A stretch of DNA of 64,000 nt. Source: Gammaproteobacteria bacterium. GTDB lineage: Bacteria; Pseudomonadota; Gammaproteobacteria; Steroidobacterales; Steroidobacteraceae. The stretch spans positions 30,003-94,002 of the forward strand of contig PLUE01000065.1 of NCBI GenBank assembly GCA_003164785.1, given 5' to 3'. A program made the position numbers and the translations under genes. Numbering within the stretch: the stretch's first letter is position 1; each line of letters begins with the position of its first letter. Positions 36,584 to 46,446 of this stretch are shown here, piece by piece. The notes below the pieces were generated by a model. The model was not told the origin of the DNA, did not search any database, and saw nothing but the letters and a program-made list of their open reading frames with translations.

Positions 36584-37890
36584 ACCGTGACAGCGCGCGG
36601 CGTTGGTACATCCTCGTGCTGCTGACGCTGGTGTATGTCTCGAACATTGCCGACCGCTATGTGATCTCCACGCTGATCGAGCCGATCAAGGCGGAGCTGC
36701 GACTGTCCGATTCCGCCATCGGTTTTTTGACCGGCACCGCACTCGCGCTTTTTTATACGGGTTTCGGCTTGATCCTGGGTGCGATGGCCGACCGTACGCC
36801 GCGGCGCGTCCGCATGCTCGCCCTGTGTACGGCGATCTGGTCGGTCATGACGGCGGCATGCGGGCTCGCGGGCTCCTTTGGTCAGCTGCTGCTGGCGCGG
36901 ATCGGAGTCGGCATCGGCGAGGCGGGCGGCACACCGGCGTCGCAGTCGCTCATGGCCGATCTGTTTCCACGCCCACAACGGGTGCTGGCCTCGGCCATTT
37001 TCGCGATCGGGGCCGCAGCCGGTTCGATGATGGGCTCGAGCGTGGGTGGCCGGCTCAGCGACCTGTATGGCTGGCGAAGCGCGTTCTTTTGTCTGTCGGT
37101 CCCCGGCATCGTGGTGGCCGCCGTCGTGGCGCTCACCGTGCGCGAGCCGGCGCGGGTGGGCGCCGATGCCACGCTGCGCGTGGTGCCCTCGATGGGGGAG
37201 GCATTGCGCTTCATCCGGCGCCGACGCGCGTTGTTCCATGCCGTGGTGGGCAGCACGGTTTGTACATTCTGGACGTGGGGTTTGTTGTGGTGGACGCCGG
37301 CGTTCCTGGCCCGCAGCTATCACTTGTCCGTCGGCGAGGCGGGCTCGTTGCTGGGCTATGTGAACGGCATCGGCGGGACCATCGCCGTCATCGTCGGGGG
37401 CAGCTTGCTGCACCGTGTCGGCCGGCGCGACCCGCGCTGGGAGTGTTGGGCGATGGCGGCGATCACCGTGCTCGGCACCGTGGCCTCGCTGATCGCCTAT
37501 TCGACGTCCGACCAGCGTCTGACCACGGCGATGCTGTGGCTCTTCGCGCCGATCGGGTATCTCTACCTGGTGCCCGCCTTCAGCTGGATTCAAAATCTGG
37601 CGCAGCCGCGCATGCGCGGTATCGTATGCGCCGTGTTCCTGTTCGGGTCGAACGTGGCCAATCTTGCGCTCGCCCCGCAGTTGATCGGCATCGCCAGTGA
37701 TATCGTGGCGGCGCACACGATGCTGGGCGCCGAGTCGCTGCGCCACGTGCTGGTCGTCGGCGCGTTGACAGGGTTTTGGGCGGCGTACCACTTTTGGGCC
37801 GCGGGGGCGTCGATGGCCGCGGATGTCCAGCACGCCGGCGACCCGTCCGGCCGGTCGGCGGCAGCGCCGCGCTTTATCGAGGGAAGTTGA
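36580..37890 (+). CDS. MFS transporter
   Basis: GTG 36580 overlaps the upstream TGA. 12-TM pattern with the MFS loop motif GAMADRTPRR. Confidence 0.85.
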   Translation: MNRDSARRWYILVLLTLVYVSNIADRYVISTLIEPIKAELRLSDSAIGFLTGTALALFYTGFGLILGAMADRTPRRVRMLALCTAIWSVMTAACGLAGSFGQLLLARIGVGIGEAGGTPASQSLMADLFPRPQRVLASAIFAIGAAAGSMMGSSVGGRLSDLYGWRSAFFCLSVPGIVVAAVVALTVREPARVGADATLRVVPSMGEALRFIRRRRALFHAVVGSTVCTFWTWGLLWWTPAFLARSYHLSVGEAGSLLGYVNGIGGTIAVIVGGSLLHRVGRRDPRWECWAMAAITVLGTVASLIAYSTSDQRLTTAMLWLFAPIGYLYLVPAFSWIQNLAQPRMRGIVCAVFLFGSNVANLALAPQLIGIASDIVAAHTMLGAESLRHVLVVGALTGFWAAYHFWAAGASMAADVQHAGDPSGRSAAAPRFIEGS

Positions 37891-37993
37891 ATCCGATCGG
37901 GCTCTCCGTGCGAACTGGGAAGTGCGACCGTGCCGATCGCGTCGGGCGCGCCTCGGGCGGCGAACGTGGACAAGTCAGAGCAAGGAGAAGACG

Positions 37994-38209
37994 ATGTCGT
38001 TTGTTGGGAGGCAGCCGAATGGTCGCGCTCGGATTGGTCATGGGGATCGTGGCTTTTGCGACAGGGTGTACGACGATGAAGACGCCCCTCAAGACGGTGT
38101 CGCACGTCGATCTTCCCCGGTAGATGTGGCCGACTGGTGGTCATTAGTCCCGTCCTTGGTCCCCGTGGCGCACACGATGCAGCATGCTTTGAGCGTGCCG
38201 GTACACTAG
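37994..38209 (+). pseudogene. Possible Blc-like lipocalin lipoprotein remnant (frameshifted, truncated)
   Basis: AAGGAG lies 6 nt before ATG 37994. The lipobox segment MVALGLVMGIVAFATGC TTMKTPLKTVSHVDLPR* is in another frame (38019-38123). ...VADWWSLVPSLVP..., in the first frame, resembles the lipocalin GxWYxIA motif. The remnant is cut off by the next gene. Confidence 0.3.
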
Positions 38210-38213
38210 GCGG

Positions 38214-40550
38214 ATGAGTGCCAAAATTTTCTCCGTCGGCTCGGTGTTCGAGAAGGTGTTGCGTGAATTCGAAGCCGGTGGCTTTACCTACACGGATGTT
38301 CTTTTCCATTTGAGGCGACTGCTGGACAGCGGCGAGTCGCCGGACGCACCGTCGGAACTGCTGGAGGTCGTCCAGCGCCGTGAGCGGGTGGAGCCGCTAC
38401 CGGAATACGCGCATATCAAAATCCTCGGCCTCATCAATGAGGAGATCGCTCGGCGGGCTGTCGAAGCGGACGCCTCCGCAGCGGCGGACCCAACGGCGGA
38501 CTCCGTTACGGGCGCCGCAGCCGCGCCGCGCTCGGAATCGGCGTCCGGCACCGCGGCAGCCGCGGATCGAACACCGAAGGCGGAGTCCGACTCCCAATCC
38601 GCGGCGTCGGCCGCGAAGTCGCTGGCGGAGCGACTGGCCTGGCAGAATGCTGCTTATGAGGCGTTGACACGTTCCCATGAACGCAGCAAGGACGCCGAGT
38701 CGTCGGCGGTGCGGTGGGCGACCGCGCTCGCGACGGAGCTTGCGGATGCCGGCGCGGCCCTCGCCGAGACCCGCACCGCCCTCGCGTCGGCGCGGGGAAA
38801 GGCGCGGGACTATGCCGAAGCGCTGGCCGAGAGAACCGAGGCGGCCGAGGCGGCGCGGGGCCGCCTTGAAAGCACGCGTCACGAAGCCGATAGTCATCAG
38901 GCTGAGGCCCGCAAATTACGCGATCTGCTCACGGCGCGAGACGCCACCCTCGTCGACGCGCTGCACTCGCTCGGCGAACGTGATGCGCAGCTGGTGGCGC
39001 TGCAACAAGAGCAGGCGAGAATCGTCCCGACCCTCGAAGCGCGGGCGACGGGCAGCGAGCAATTGGAGGCCGAATTGCGCGCCGCGCTTACCCGCACCGA
39101 GGCGCTTGAGGCCGAACTCCTGGCCGTGCGGACGGCACTCGAGTCGGCGCGCGGCATGGCGCAGGAATTGGACGAGTCATTGGCCGAGAGCTACGCGGCG
39201 GCCGACGCGGCGCGCACGCGCACCGACGCGCTGCAGCAGGAATCGGCACGTCATCAGGCAGATGTGCGCGAGGCACGTGCACACGCCGACGCGCTGGCAT
39301 TGCAGCGGACATCTGAACAAGAAATAGCGGCCGCTCGCGAGGCCCGTCTGCAGCGCGCCGAGTCCAATCTGATCGCCGTCCAGGAGGAATTGGAGGCCGT
39401 CAGGGCGCAGTCGAATGCCTATCGGGCGGCTTTGCAAACTCGCCAGATCGACGCGCAGGTCGTCGGGGCCGAGGCGGTCGAACCCGAGGCGGTCAGGGCC
39501 GAGGCGATCGAGGTCGACCCCGTGGAGCCCGTAAAACCTGGGGCCGCGTTCACGCCGCCCGCGGGGAGCGGCAGACGCACCCCGGCCGGGCCGATCGGTC
39601 GAGCGGTCTGGTTGAGAGTCGCGGTGCTGCTGCTCACGGCGGTCGGCTGGATTTTTCTCTCCCACCATTCGACCCGCGCGACGCCCGTGCCGGCGACCGC
39701 TCCGGTTCCAAGCCCCGACGCGGTGGGCGCGGTGATTCGCGACTGCCCGACCTGTCCCGCCATGACGGTGCTGCCTGCCGGCAAATTCAAGCAAGGCGCG
39801 TCACGAGCCGAGGGCGCGGTGTCGTTCGAGACTCCCCTGCATTGGGTGATCATCGGCCGACCCTTTGCCATGTCGACGAACACCGTCACCGTGGATCAAT
39901 TCGACCAATTCATCGCCGCGACCGGGCGGGACATGAAAGGCTGCGATACCTATGACGGCGAATGGAAGACCCGGCCCGAGTCCAGCTGGAGGAACCCAGG
40001 TTTCGATCAGACCGGGGGTCATCCCGTGACCTGCGTTTCCTGGGACGATGCCAAGGCCTATGCCGACTGGTTGTCGAGCAAGACCGGCCATCGGTATCGA
40101 CTGCCTAGCGCATCGGAGTGGGAGTTTGCCGCGCGTGCCGGCGGTGCGGACGTTCAGCCCTGGAGCGCGGATGGAGCCGGCGCTTGCGCCGACGCCAACG
40201 TCGCGGACGCGAGCGCCGCGCGGCGCTATCCGGGGCTGACGGCGTTCGCGTGCGACGATCGCTTCGTGCACACGGCGCCGGTCGGCTCGTTCAAGGCCAG
40301 CGCATTCGGGCTCAACGACATGCTCGGCAATGTCTTTCAGTGGACCGAGGATTGCTGGCACGCGGATTACGTCGGTGCACCGATCGACGGCTCCGCGCGC
40401 ATCGACGGAGATTGCTCGAAACATGAACTGCGCGGTGGCTCCTGGTTCAGCGCGCCGGAGCACGTGCGCGCCAATTACCGAAATGCCTTCGCCGCCAATC
40501 ATCGCACCAGCAGCGCCGGCATTCGATTGGTCAGAGACCTTCAGCAATGA
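38214..40550 (+). CDS. Coiled-coil / single-TM / FGE-sulfatase (SUMF1-like) domain protein
   Basis: 778 aa. An ~80-aa N-terminal domain is followed by ~350 aa of Ala/Glu/Arg-rich heptad-like sequence with an internal duplication. TM segment VWLRVAVLLLTAVGWIFLS. The C-terminal FGE domain shows HPVTCVSWDDAKAYADWLS, YRLPSASEWEFAAR, GNVFQWTEDCW and RGGSWF. Confidence 0.8.
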   Translation: MSAKIFSVGSVFEKVLREFEAGGFTYTDVLFHLRRLLDSGESPDAPSELLEVVQRRERVEPLPEYAHIKILGLINEEIARRAVEADASAAADPTADSVTGAAAAPRSESASGTAAAADRTPKAESDSQSAASAAKSLAERLAWQNAAYEALTRSHERSKDAESSAVRWATALATELADAGAALAETRTALASARGKARDYAEALAERTEAAEAARGRLESTRHEADSHQAEARKLRDLLTARDATLVDALHSLGERDAQLVALQQEQARIVPTLEARATGSEQLEAELRAALTRTEALEAELLAVRTALESARGMAQELDESLAESYAAADAARTRTDALQQESARHQADVREARAHADALALQRTSEQEIAAAREARLQRAESNLIAVQEELEAVRAQSNAYRAALQTRQIDAQVVGAEAVEPEAVRAEAIEVDPVEPVKPGAAFTPPAGSGRRTPAGPIGRAVWLRVAVLLLTAVGWIFLSHHSTRATPVPATAPVPSPDAVGAVIRDCPTCPAMTVLPAGKFKQGASRAEGAVSFETPLHWVIIGRPFAMSTNTVTVDQFDQFIAATGRDMKGCDTYDGEWKTRPESSWRNPGFDQTGGHPVTCVSWDDAKAYADWLSSKTGHRYRLPSASEWEFAARAGGADVQPWSADGAGACADANVADASAARRYPGLTAFACDDRFVHTAPVGSFKASAFGLNDMLGNVFQWTEDCWHADYVGAPIDGSARIDGDCSKHELRGGSWFSAPEHVRANYRNAFAANHRTSSAGIRLVRDLQQ

Positions 40551-41023
40551 CGCTCCACACCTCCCGCGGGCGCGACCGCTGCAAAATGACGGTCGTCACG
40601 TCCTGGGTTGTGGCGCTGCCGCTCCTGCTGCTGTCCACGGCAACGTGGTCGCAGCAGCCGGCTGCCGGGGCCGGCCGTCCCGCCCCGGCGGTCGTCAAGC
40701 GCGATTCCGTCCGCTGCAGCACGCGCGCGGATGTGGATGCGTGCTACGACGCGATTCGCTGGAGCCCCGATGATCCGAAGTTGCTGGTGGCTCTCGGGGA
40801 TGCGCTGATGCGGGCGCAGCGGCCGGCGGACGCGGTACGCAACTATCGCCGCGCCGCCGCGCTCGAGCCGGGCACGCGCGGCATCAGCGCCAAACTCAAT
40901 GCGGCGGAAGCCAAGCTGGCCGGAGGGCCCGCGTCGGCCAAGCGTGCGGTGGACCGGACCCCGGCCAGCAGCGTGCCGGCCAAACGCTATTCGAATGCGG
41001 CGCCGGAACCGGAATCGCACTGA
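40547..41023 (+). CDS. Secreted TPR-like protein
   Basis: The ATG overlaps the upstream stop (ATGA). Signal peptide ...VVALPLLLLSTATWSQQ. One or two TPR-like helices: ALGDALMRAQRPADAVRNYRRAAALEP. Confidence 0.55.
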   Translation: MTLHTSRGRDRCKMTVVTSWVVALPLLLLSTATWSQQPAAGAGRPAPAVVKRDSVRCSTRADVDACYDAIRWSPDDPKLLVALGDALMRAQRPADAVRNYRRAAALEPGTRGISAKLNAAEAKLAGGPASAKRAVDRTPASSVPAKRYSNAAPEPESH

Positions 41024-41057
41024 GATACTGCCGATCTAGGCCCCGCGGGCATGCTCA

Positions 41058-42656
41058 TCAGCGGCCCGCGCTCTCCACCGCCAACACCGCGGGCGTCGAC
41101 CATCCGCTGTACACGCCCCAGCGATAGAACAACAGCGCGGCGGCCGCCACGCAGGCTTGATCCCAGCCGTAGCCAATGTAGCCGTGACCTTCGAACTCCG
41201 TGCTGCCGGCCCAGGAGAGGGCGCACATCGCGACGAGATAGCCCGCCAACCACCACGCACCGCGCAGGTTCGCCGCGAAATCCAGCCAGCCGCCCTTGCC
41301 CTGGTAGTAGAGGTAGAACGGGATGGGCAGCACCAACAGGAGCATGATCTGCGCCGTGTGCGGCCAACGCGCCCAGTAGAGCATCAATGTTGCCAGGACG
41401 AAGGCAATGGGCGACAAGATCTGCAGACCGGGGACACGCAACGGCCGATGCAGGTGCGGCGCCGTGCGGCGCAGGACCATGACGCTGATGGGCACGACGA
41501 GGTAGGTGATGATCGTCGCCACCGAGATCACCGCCGCCAGCTTGCCCCAGCCTCGAAAGAAGAACAGGAACATGAACGAGACCAGCAGGTTGAACCACAT
41601 GGCGGGTCGCGGAATGCCGTAGCGGGGATGGACCCGTCCGAAGACCTTCGGAATCGTGGCGCTGCGCTCCATCGCGTAGATCATTCGCGCCGTGGTGGCC
41701 GTGTAGGTCGTGCCGGTGCCGCTCGGGCTGACGAACGCGTCCGCATACAGCAGCAGCGCGAGCCAGTTGAGGTTCAAGGCCAGTGCCAATTGGGCGAAAG
41801 GCGAACTGTATTCCAGCGCGGCCCACCCGTCCTGCAGATGATCGGGCGCGACCGCGCCGAGAAAGGCCACCTGCAGCAGGAGATACACCACGGTGCTCAG
41901 CAGGATGGAGCCGAAGATGGCGATGGGAACGCTGCGGCCCGGGTTGCGCGCTTCGCCCGCGAGATTGACGGGGCTTTGAAAGCCGTTGTAACTGAAGACG
42001 ATGCCGCTGGTGGCCACGGCGGTGAGGATCGACGCCAGATTGCCGACGTGCTGGCCACCATGGATGCCGACCTGAAAATTCTCCCAATGGAAGCCGGTGC
42101 ACATGAGCGCGATCGCGGTGGCGGCGGGCACGATCAGCTTGAAGAAGGTAATCGCACTGTTGGTGCTGGCGAACACCTTCACGCTCCAGAAGTTCAGCAG
42201 AAAGTAGATGATGACCAGCACGGCGGCGATCAACAAACCGGGGACGGTCAGTTCGCCCTGGCCGTTGGCGGCGTGCACGTACAGTCCGTGTGCCCAGGGC
42301 CACGGCCAGGAACTCATGTATTGCACCGACGCCTCGGCCTCCACCGGAATCACCGAGACGATGGCAATCCACGCCGCCCATCCGGCAACGAACCCGACCA
42401 GCGACCCGTGAGAATAATGCCCGTAACGGGCGGCGCCCCCCGATTCGGGAAACATGGCGCCCAATTCCGCGTAGGTCAACGCCACGAAGAGAATGACCAC
42501 GGCGCCGATGATCCAGGCGTAGATCGCGCCGGGTCCGGCGAGTTGCGCCGCCCGCCAGGCACCGAACAGCCAGCCCGAACCGATGATCGAACCCAAGCCG
42601 GTGAACATCAACGCCACCGTACCGACCTCGCGGCGAATCGCGCTTTCATTGGCCAT
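41058..42656 (-). CDS. APC-family amino acid permease
   Basis: 12-TM pattern with GSIIGSGWLFGA near the N-terminus. ATG 42656 has AGGGA 8 nt upstream. The track ORF starts at 42689 without an RBS. Confidence 0.85.
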   Translation of the reverse strand: MANESAIRREVGTVALMFTGLGSIIGSGWLFGAWRAAQLAGPGAIYAWIIGAVVILFVALTYAELGAMFPESGGAARYGHYSHGSLVGFVAGWAAWIAIVSVIPVEAEASVQYMSSWPWPWAHGLYVHAANGQGELTVPGLLIAAVLVIIYFLLNFWSVKVFASTNSAITFFKLIVPAATAIALMCTGFHWENFQVGIHGGQHVGNLASILTAVATSGIVFSYNGFQSPVNLAGEARNPGRSVPIAIFGSILLSTVVYLLLQVAFLGAVAPDHLQDGWAALEYSSPFAQLALALNLNWLALLLYADAFVSPSGTGTTYTATTARMIYAMERSATIPKVFGRVHPRYGIPRPAMWFNLLVSFMFLFFFRGWGKLAAVISVATIITYLVVPISVMVLRRTAPHLHRPLRVPGLQILSPIAFVLATLMLYWARWPHTAQIMLLLVLPIPFYLYYQGKGGWLDFAANLRGAWWLAGYLVAMCALSWAGSTEFEGHGYIGYGWDQACVAAAALLFYRWGVYSGWSTPAVLAVESAGR

Positions 42657-42769
42657 GCAGTCATCCCTAAAAGTGAGAGCGCGGTTCATGATCGATGCGC
42701 GAGTACCGATTATTGACGTATTCTGCGTTTGTTGTCACTGAATCACCCGTTGTACGAGAGGACGCACTC

Positions 42770-43060
42770 ATGGCGAAGGCCTACTGGATCAGCTTCTATC
42801 GAGAGATTTCCGACACCGCGAAGCTCGCCGCCTATGCGAAGCTCGGGGGTCCCGCCATCGAGGCGGCCGGCGGCCGGTTCCTGGCGCGCGCCACGGCGGC
42901 CAAGGCATACGAAGCGGGTCTCACGGAGCGCACGGTCGTGGTCGAGTTCGAGTCGGTGGACCAGGCGATCGCGGCGCATGATAGCCCGGCCTACCAGGCC
43001 GCCCTCGCCGCCCTGGACGGGGGGGCCGTACGGGATCTGCGGATCGTACCCGGCGTGTGA
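42770..43060 (+). CDS. DUF1330 domain protein
   Basis: MAKAYWISFYREISD...GGRFLARA...ERTVVVEFESVDQAIAAHDSPAYQAA is typical of DUF1330. Confidence 0.8.
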   Translation: MAKAYWISFYREISDTAKLAAYAKLGGPAIEAAGGRFLARATAAKAYEAGLTERTVVVEFESVDQAIAAHDSPAYQAALAALDGGAVRDLRIVPGV

Positions 43061-44928
43061 GGGAGCTCGCGGCTCGATGGGCCATCAGCTTCGTGGCCAT
43101 CTACGTCACGGGCCTGCTTTGCTTCGTCTTGCCGGGATCGATTCCCCACATCTCGCTGCCGTTCTTCGCGGCGGGGATCGCGGTGGCGGCGGCGAACCGC
43201 TGGGGACGGTCGCAGGGGATCCCGATATTCGCCTCGGCCGCGGCTGTCAATCTGACCATGCACGAGCCGCTGCTGGCTGCCATCGGCGGGGGCGCCGGAT
43301 TCGGTTGCGGTGCCCTGCTCTCGGCCTGGGTGCTGGAGCGCTACGGGTTCGAAGCCAGCTTCGGTCGCGCCAGAGACGTCGTGCTGTTCCTGATCGCGGT
43401 GCCGCTCGGCATGATGGTCGTGCCCACCATCGGCATCGTCGGATTCTCGCTGGCCGGCATCCCGGCCAGGTCCTCGGAAGTCGTCCGTTGGTTTCGTTGG
43501 TGGAGCGACAGCGCCGCCGGCGCGCTGCTGGTGTCGCCCCCGCTCATCGCGCTCAGTCGCCAGCGGCTGAGGCGATTCGCGGATCATTGGTTGGTCGGCG
43601 TCTGTTGGATATTGGCCATGCTGACATGCTGCGACGGGATCATCTTCAGGTCCGATCCCGCGGCGCGCCCGATCGTGGTCATGGTCGGCTTTTTGCTCAT
43701 CGTCGCGGGCGCGGTTCGCTTCGGCGTCGTAGTCGCGTCCGCGGGCGCCATCGTGATTTCGTCCACCATGGCGTTCAGCCTGGCGTTCGGCTTCGGCATG
43801 TTCGGTCAGATCGACGAATTCTCCGGCCGGGTGACTCTCCTCGCATTCAGCGCGACGCTCGTGATGGCCAGTCTCATCGTCAGCGCGTTGCTGGCGGAAC
43901 GCGACGCGGCCGCGGTCGATCGGCGTCGCGCGGAGCGCCATTATGCGCAGATTTTCAACGGCAGTCCGCAGGCCATCTGGGTGCACGATCCCATCGATCA
44001 GAATTTCCTCTTGGTCAATCCGGCGGCGCAGCGGCAGTACGGCTGGACGTTGAGCGAATTCCTGGCGCGTGATGTCTCCGTGCTGGCTCCGCCGGGCGAG
44101 CCGCTCATCTTGCCTGCTCAAAGCCTTGCGGGCGGCGCTGACCACACGCTGCCCATCGAGACACGCCACGTGACCCGCGAGGGGCGGATCCTGGAGGTGG
44201 AAGTGTGGATGCGCTCGATCGATCTGGGCGGCCGCCCGGCGCAGTTGGTGTTCGCCGTGGATGTGTCGGAGCGTCGGGCTCTCGGCAAGGCGTTGATCGA
44301 CGGACTGGCCAGCGAGCAGCGCAGAATCGCGGGGGAGATCCATGACGGTCTCGGTCAGGAGTTGACGGGGTTGGCGCTCTCGCTGCGTGCGCTGGCGACC
44401 CGTGCGGCGCGTCTCCAGCAACCCGATGCGGCGGACCTCGACGACCTTGCAAAATTAGCGGCCCACTGCATCCAGGGATCGAAAAAAATCGTCCAGGGCC
44501 TGTCGCCTTTGGACGATGCCGGCGGCAACCTGCACTCCGCACTCCAGTCCCTGGCGCGGCGCGCCTCGATGAGCGGCACGCCGGTCAGGTTCAGGGCGCT
44601 CGGTGAGGCACCCTCGTCGGTGAGGACGGATACGTTGGACCACTTCTACCGCATCGCCCAGGAAGCCGTGCAAAACGCCCTGAAGCACGCGGCGGCCGCC
44701 GCGATCGACATCGAGCTGCGGGCGAGCAAGTCGGATCTGCGGCTGTCGATCGTCGACGATGGTCGAGGACTGCCCGCGGACCTGACCGCGCGCCAGGGCC
44801 TGGGGATGAAAACCATGCAGTTCAGGGCGGTCGCGATCGGCGGCAGTCTGGTGATCGAGACCGTCCTCGGCGGAGGCACGGCGGTACGATGCTCCGCGCC
44901 GTTGACGGCCGCGTTGGAGCGGGTTTAA
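43057..44928 (+). CDS. Sensor histidine kinase (MASE1 - PAS - HisKA_3 - HATPase)
   Basis: The GTG overlaps the DUF1330 stop. The first ~280 aa form a multi-TM MASE1-like region. PAS segment: IFNGSPQAIWVHD...NPAAQRQYGW. H-box: EQRRIAGEIHDGLGQELTGL. ATPase motifs: DDGRGL and GLGMKTM. Confidence 0.85.
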   Translation: MRELAARWAISFVAIYVTGLLCFVLPGSIPHISLPFFAAGIAVAAANRWGRSQGIPIFASAAAVNLTMHEPLLAAIGGGAGFGCGALLSAWVLERYGFEASFGRARDVVLFLIAVPLGMMVVPTIGIVGFSLAGIPARSSEVVRWFRWWSDSAAGALLVSPPLIALSRQRLRRFADHWLVGVCWILAMLTCCDGIIFRSDPAARPIVVMVGFLLIVAGAVRFGVVVASAGAIVISSTMAFSLAFGFGMFGQIDEFSGRVTLLAFSATLVMASLIVSALLAERDAAAVDRRRAERHYAQIFNGSPQAIWVHDPIDQNFLLVNPAAQRQYGWTLSEFLARDVSVLAPPGEPLILPAQSLAGGADHTLPIETRHVTREGRILEVEVWMRSIDLGGRPAQLVFAVDVSERRALGKALIDGLASEQRRIAGEIHDGLGQELTGLALSLRALATRAARLQQPDAADLDDLAKLAAHCIQGSKKIVQGLSPLDDAGGNLHSALQSLARRASMSGTPVRFRALGEAPSSVRTDTLDHFYRIAQEAVQNALKHAAAAAIDIELRASKSDLRLSIVDDGRGLPADLTARQGLGMKTMQFRAVAIGGSLVIETVLGGGTAVRCSAPLTAALERV

Positions 44929-46412
44929 CCCGGCCGACCGGTCCCGCCCACCTTCGATGCTTGCAGTTCCTTCATCGGTACCCACCAGCCGTGAACTTGC
45001 GGGCGCAGCCGCACGGGCAGCAGCACCTTCGCGATCGGTCCCGCCGCGACGGCGGACGCTTCGATGACCCACAGTTCCGAGCGGTAGGTATCGCCGTGAC
45101 GTTCATCGATCGTCGCGAGCAGCCACCCGTCTCCCGCGGTGCCCGCGGCCGCGGGTACGTGCACCGGCTCGTTGATCGCCATGCCGGGCGGCATCGTCAG
45201 CGTATCGATCGCGCCGGTTTCCGGTTCGATCCGCAACAGGCAATTGAAGGCTGCACCGACGGGGCCGCCGGGCAGCGGCGGGCCGGCCTTGGGGTCGATC
45301 GATAGATACCAGCTCGATGCGTAGGGCCGGCCCTGGTCACGGTCGCGCACGCGCGGCAGATCGCCCGGCGGTCCGAGCGGGCGGGCCTGGATCGTGTCCT
45401 CGGCGGCGTTCATATCGAGGGTCCAACGAATGAAGCCGCCGCCGATTTCCCATTGCTCGCGCGCGATCTTCGAATCCGTCCGGATGAACGGAAACGCGTT
45501 GGTCTCGGACAGGCATAGATCGAGATGAATCTTGCCGTCGACGTCGAACGCGTTCATCACGTGATAGGCGGACACGCCGGCGGGTCCGCGGAACCAGCGC
45601 ATCTCCTTGACGTCGCCATCGCGCGGCATGACGCCCACCCAGGAATCGAGATCCTGCCGATGTTGCCAATGAGCGCCGCCGCCGCGCAGCGTCTCCAGGT
45701 CGGTGACCGTCGGAAAGATCGGAAACAGCGCGTAACGCTCGGTGATGGCGAAGTCATGCGTCATGGCGCAGTACGGGCCTTCGAACCATTGCTCGGAGCG
45801 CAGCACGCCATCGCGGTCCGCGATGCAGTAGGCGATGTCGCGGGTGCACAGGCCGCCCGCCTCGTAGCCGAAGAAGAACATCTCCTGGCTCTGCGGGTCG
45901 ATGCGCACATGCGCCGTCATGGTTTGCGAACGTAGCTTGCCGTCGAAGTCGAACGGCCCCACGGTCTCGAGCGTGTGCGGATTGATTTCGTAGGGTCGCC
46001 CGTCCTCCTTCGTCATGAGCAGCCTGCCGGCGTGCCAGACGGGGGTGGTGTTCGCGACGGTACGATCGGTCTGTGCGACCGAAGGATCGTCCGTGAAAGG
46101 GTTGCGGTAGCGGCCGAATAGCGAGTGGCGCGCGGCGCGCTCGGCCAGGAAACGCTTCGTGTGGACGTAGCGGATCGCGCAATCGACGTGTCCGTCCTCG
46201 AACAAGAAGCGGCTGATCATGCCGTCGCCGGACAGCACCACGTCGTCCTCGTGCAGCGGTGGATACACCGGGTCGGGAACCGCGCGAAAGAAGGCGCCGG
46301 AAATGTCGCGGGGAATCTCTCCTTCCACGGACAGCTCGCGGATGTCGTATTCCATGCGGACCGGCGTGTTGAGTCCGGTGAAGTGCCCGGTGTCGGGAAA
46401 GCGCAGCGTCAT
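44925..46412 (-). CDS. Carotenoid oxygenase family protein (carotenoid/stilbene cleavage dioxygenase-like)
   Basis: 495 aa with conserved His-containing blades (TAHVRID, AMTHDFAIT, SAYHVMNAF, FHGWW...-type VHGWWVP). No signal peptide. Confidence 0.9.
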   Translation of the reverse strand: MTLRFPDTGHFTGLNTPVRMEYDIRELSVEGEIPRDISGAFFRAVPDPVYPPLHEDDVVLSGDGMISRFLFEDGHVDCAIRYVHTKRFLAERAARHSLFGRYRNPFTDDPSVAQTDRTVANTTPVWHAGRLLMTKEDGRPYEINPHTLETVGPFDFDGKLRSQTMTAHVRIDPQSQEMFFFGYEAGGLCTRDIAYCIADRDGVLRSEQWFEGPYCAMTHDFAITERYALFPIFPTVTDLETLRGGGAHWQHRQDLDSWVGVMPRDGDVKEMRWFRGPAGVSAYHVMNAFDVDGKIHLDLCLSETNAFPFIRTDSKIAREQWEIGGGFIRWTLDMNAAEDTIQARPLGPPGDLPRVRDRDQGRPYASSWYLSIDPKAGPPLPGGPVGAAFNCLLRIEPETGAIDTLTMPPGMAINEPVHVPAAAGTAGDGWLLATIDERHGDTYRSELWVIEASAVAAGPIAKVLLPVRLRPQVHGWWVPMKELQASKVGGTGRPG

Positions 46413-46446
46413 GATGGTCGTCCCTTCGTCATTCGATACATGGATG

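Noticed and set aside
39468-39512. Three tandem 15-nt repeats considered as a possible CRISPR or VNTR-type element
   Set aside because: They lie inside the FGE-domain CDS, in frame (AEAVE/PEAVR/AEAIE), with no spacers. No CRISPR-like array exists anywhere in the window.
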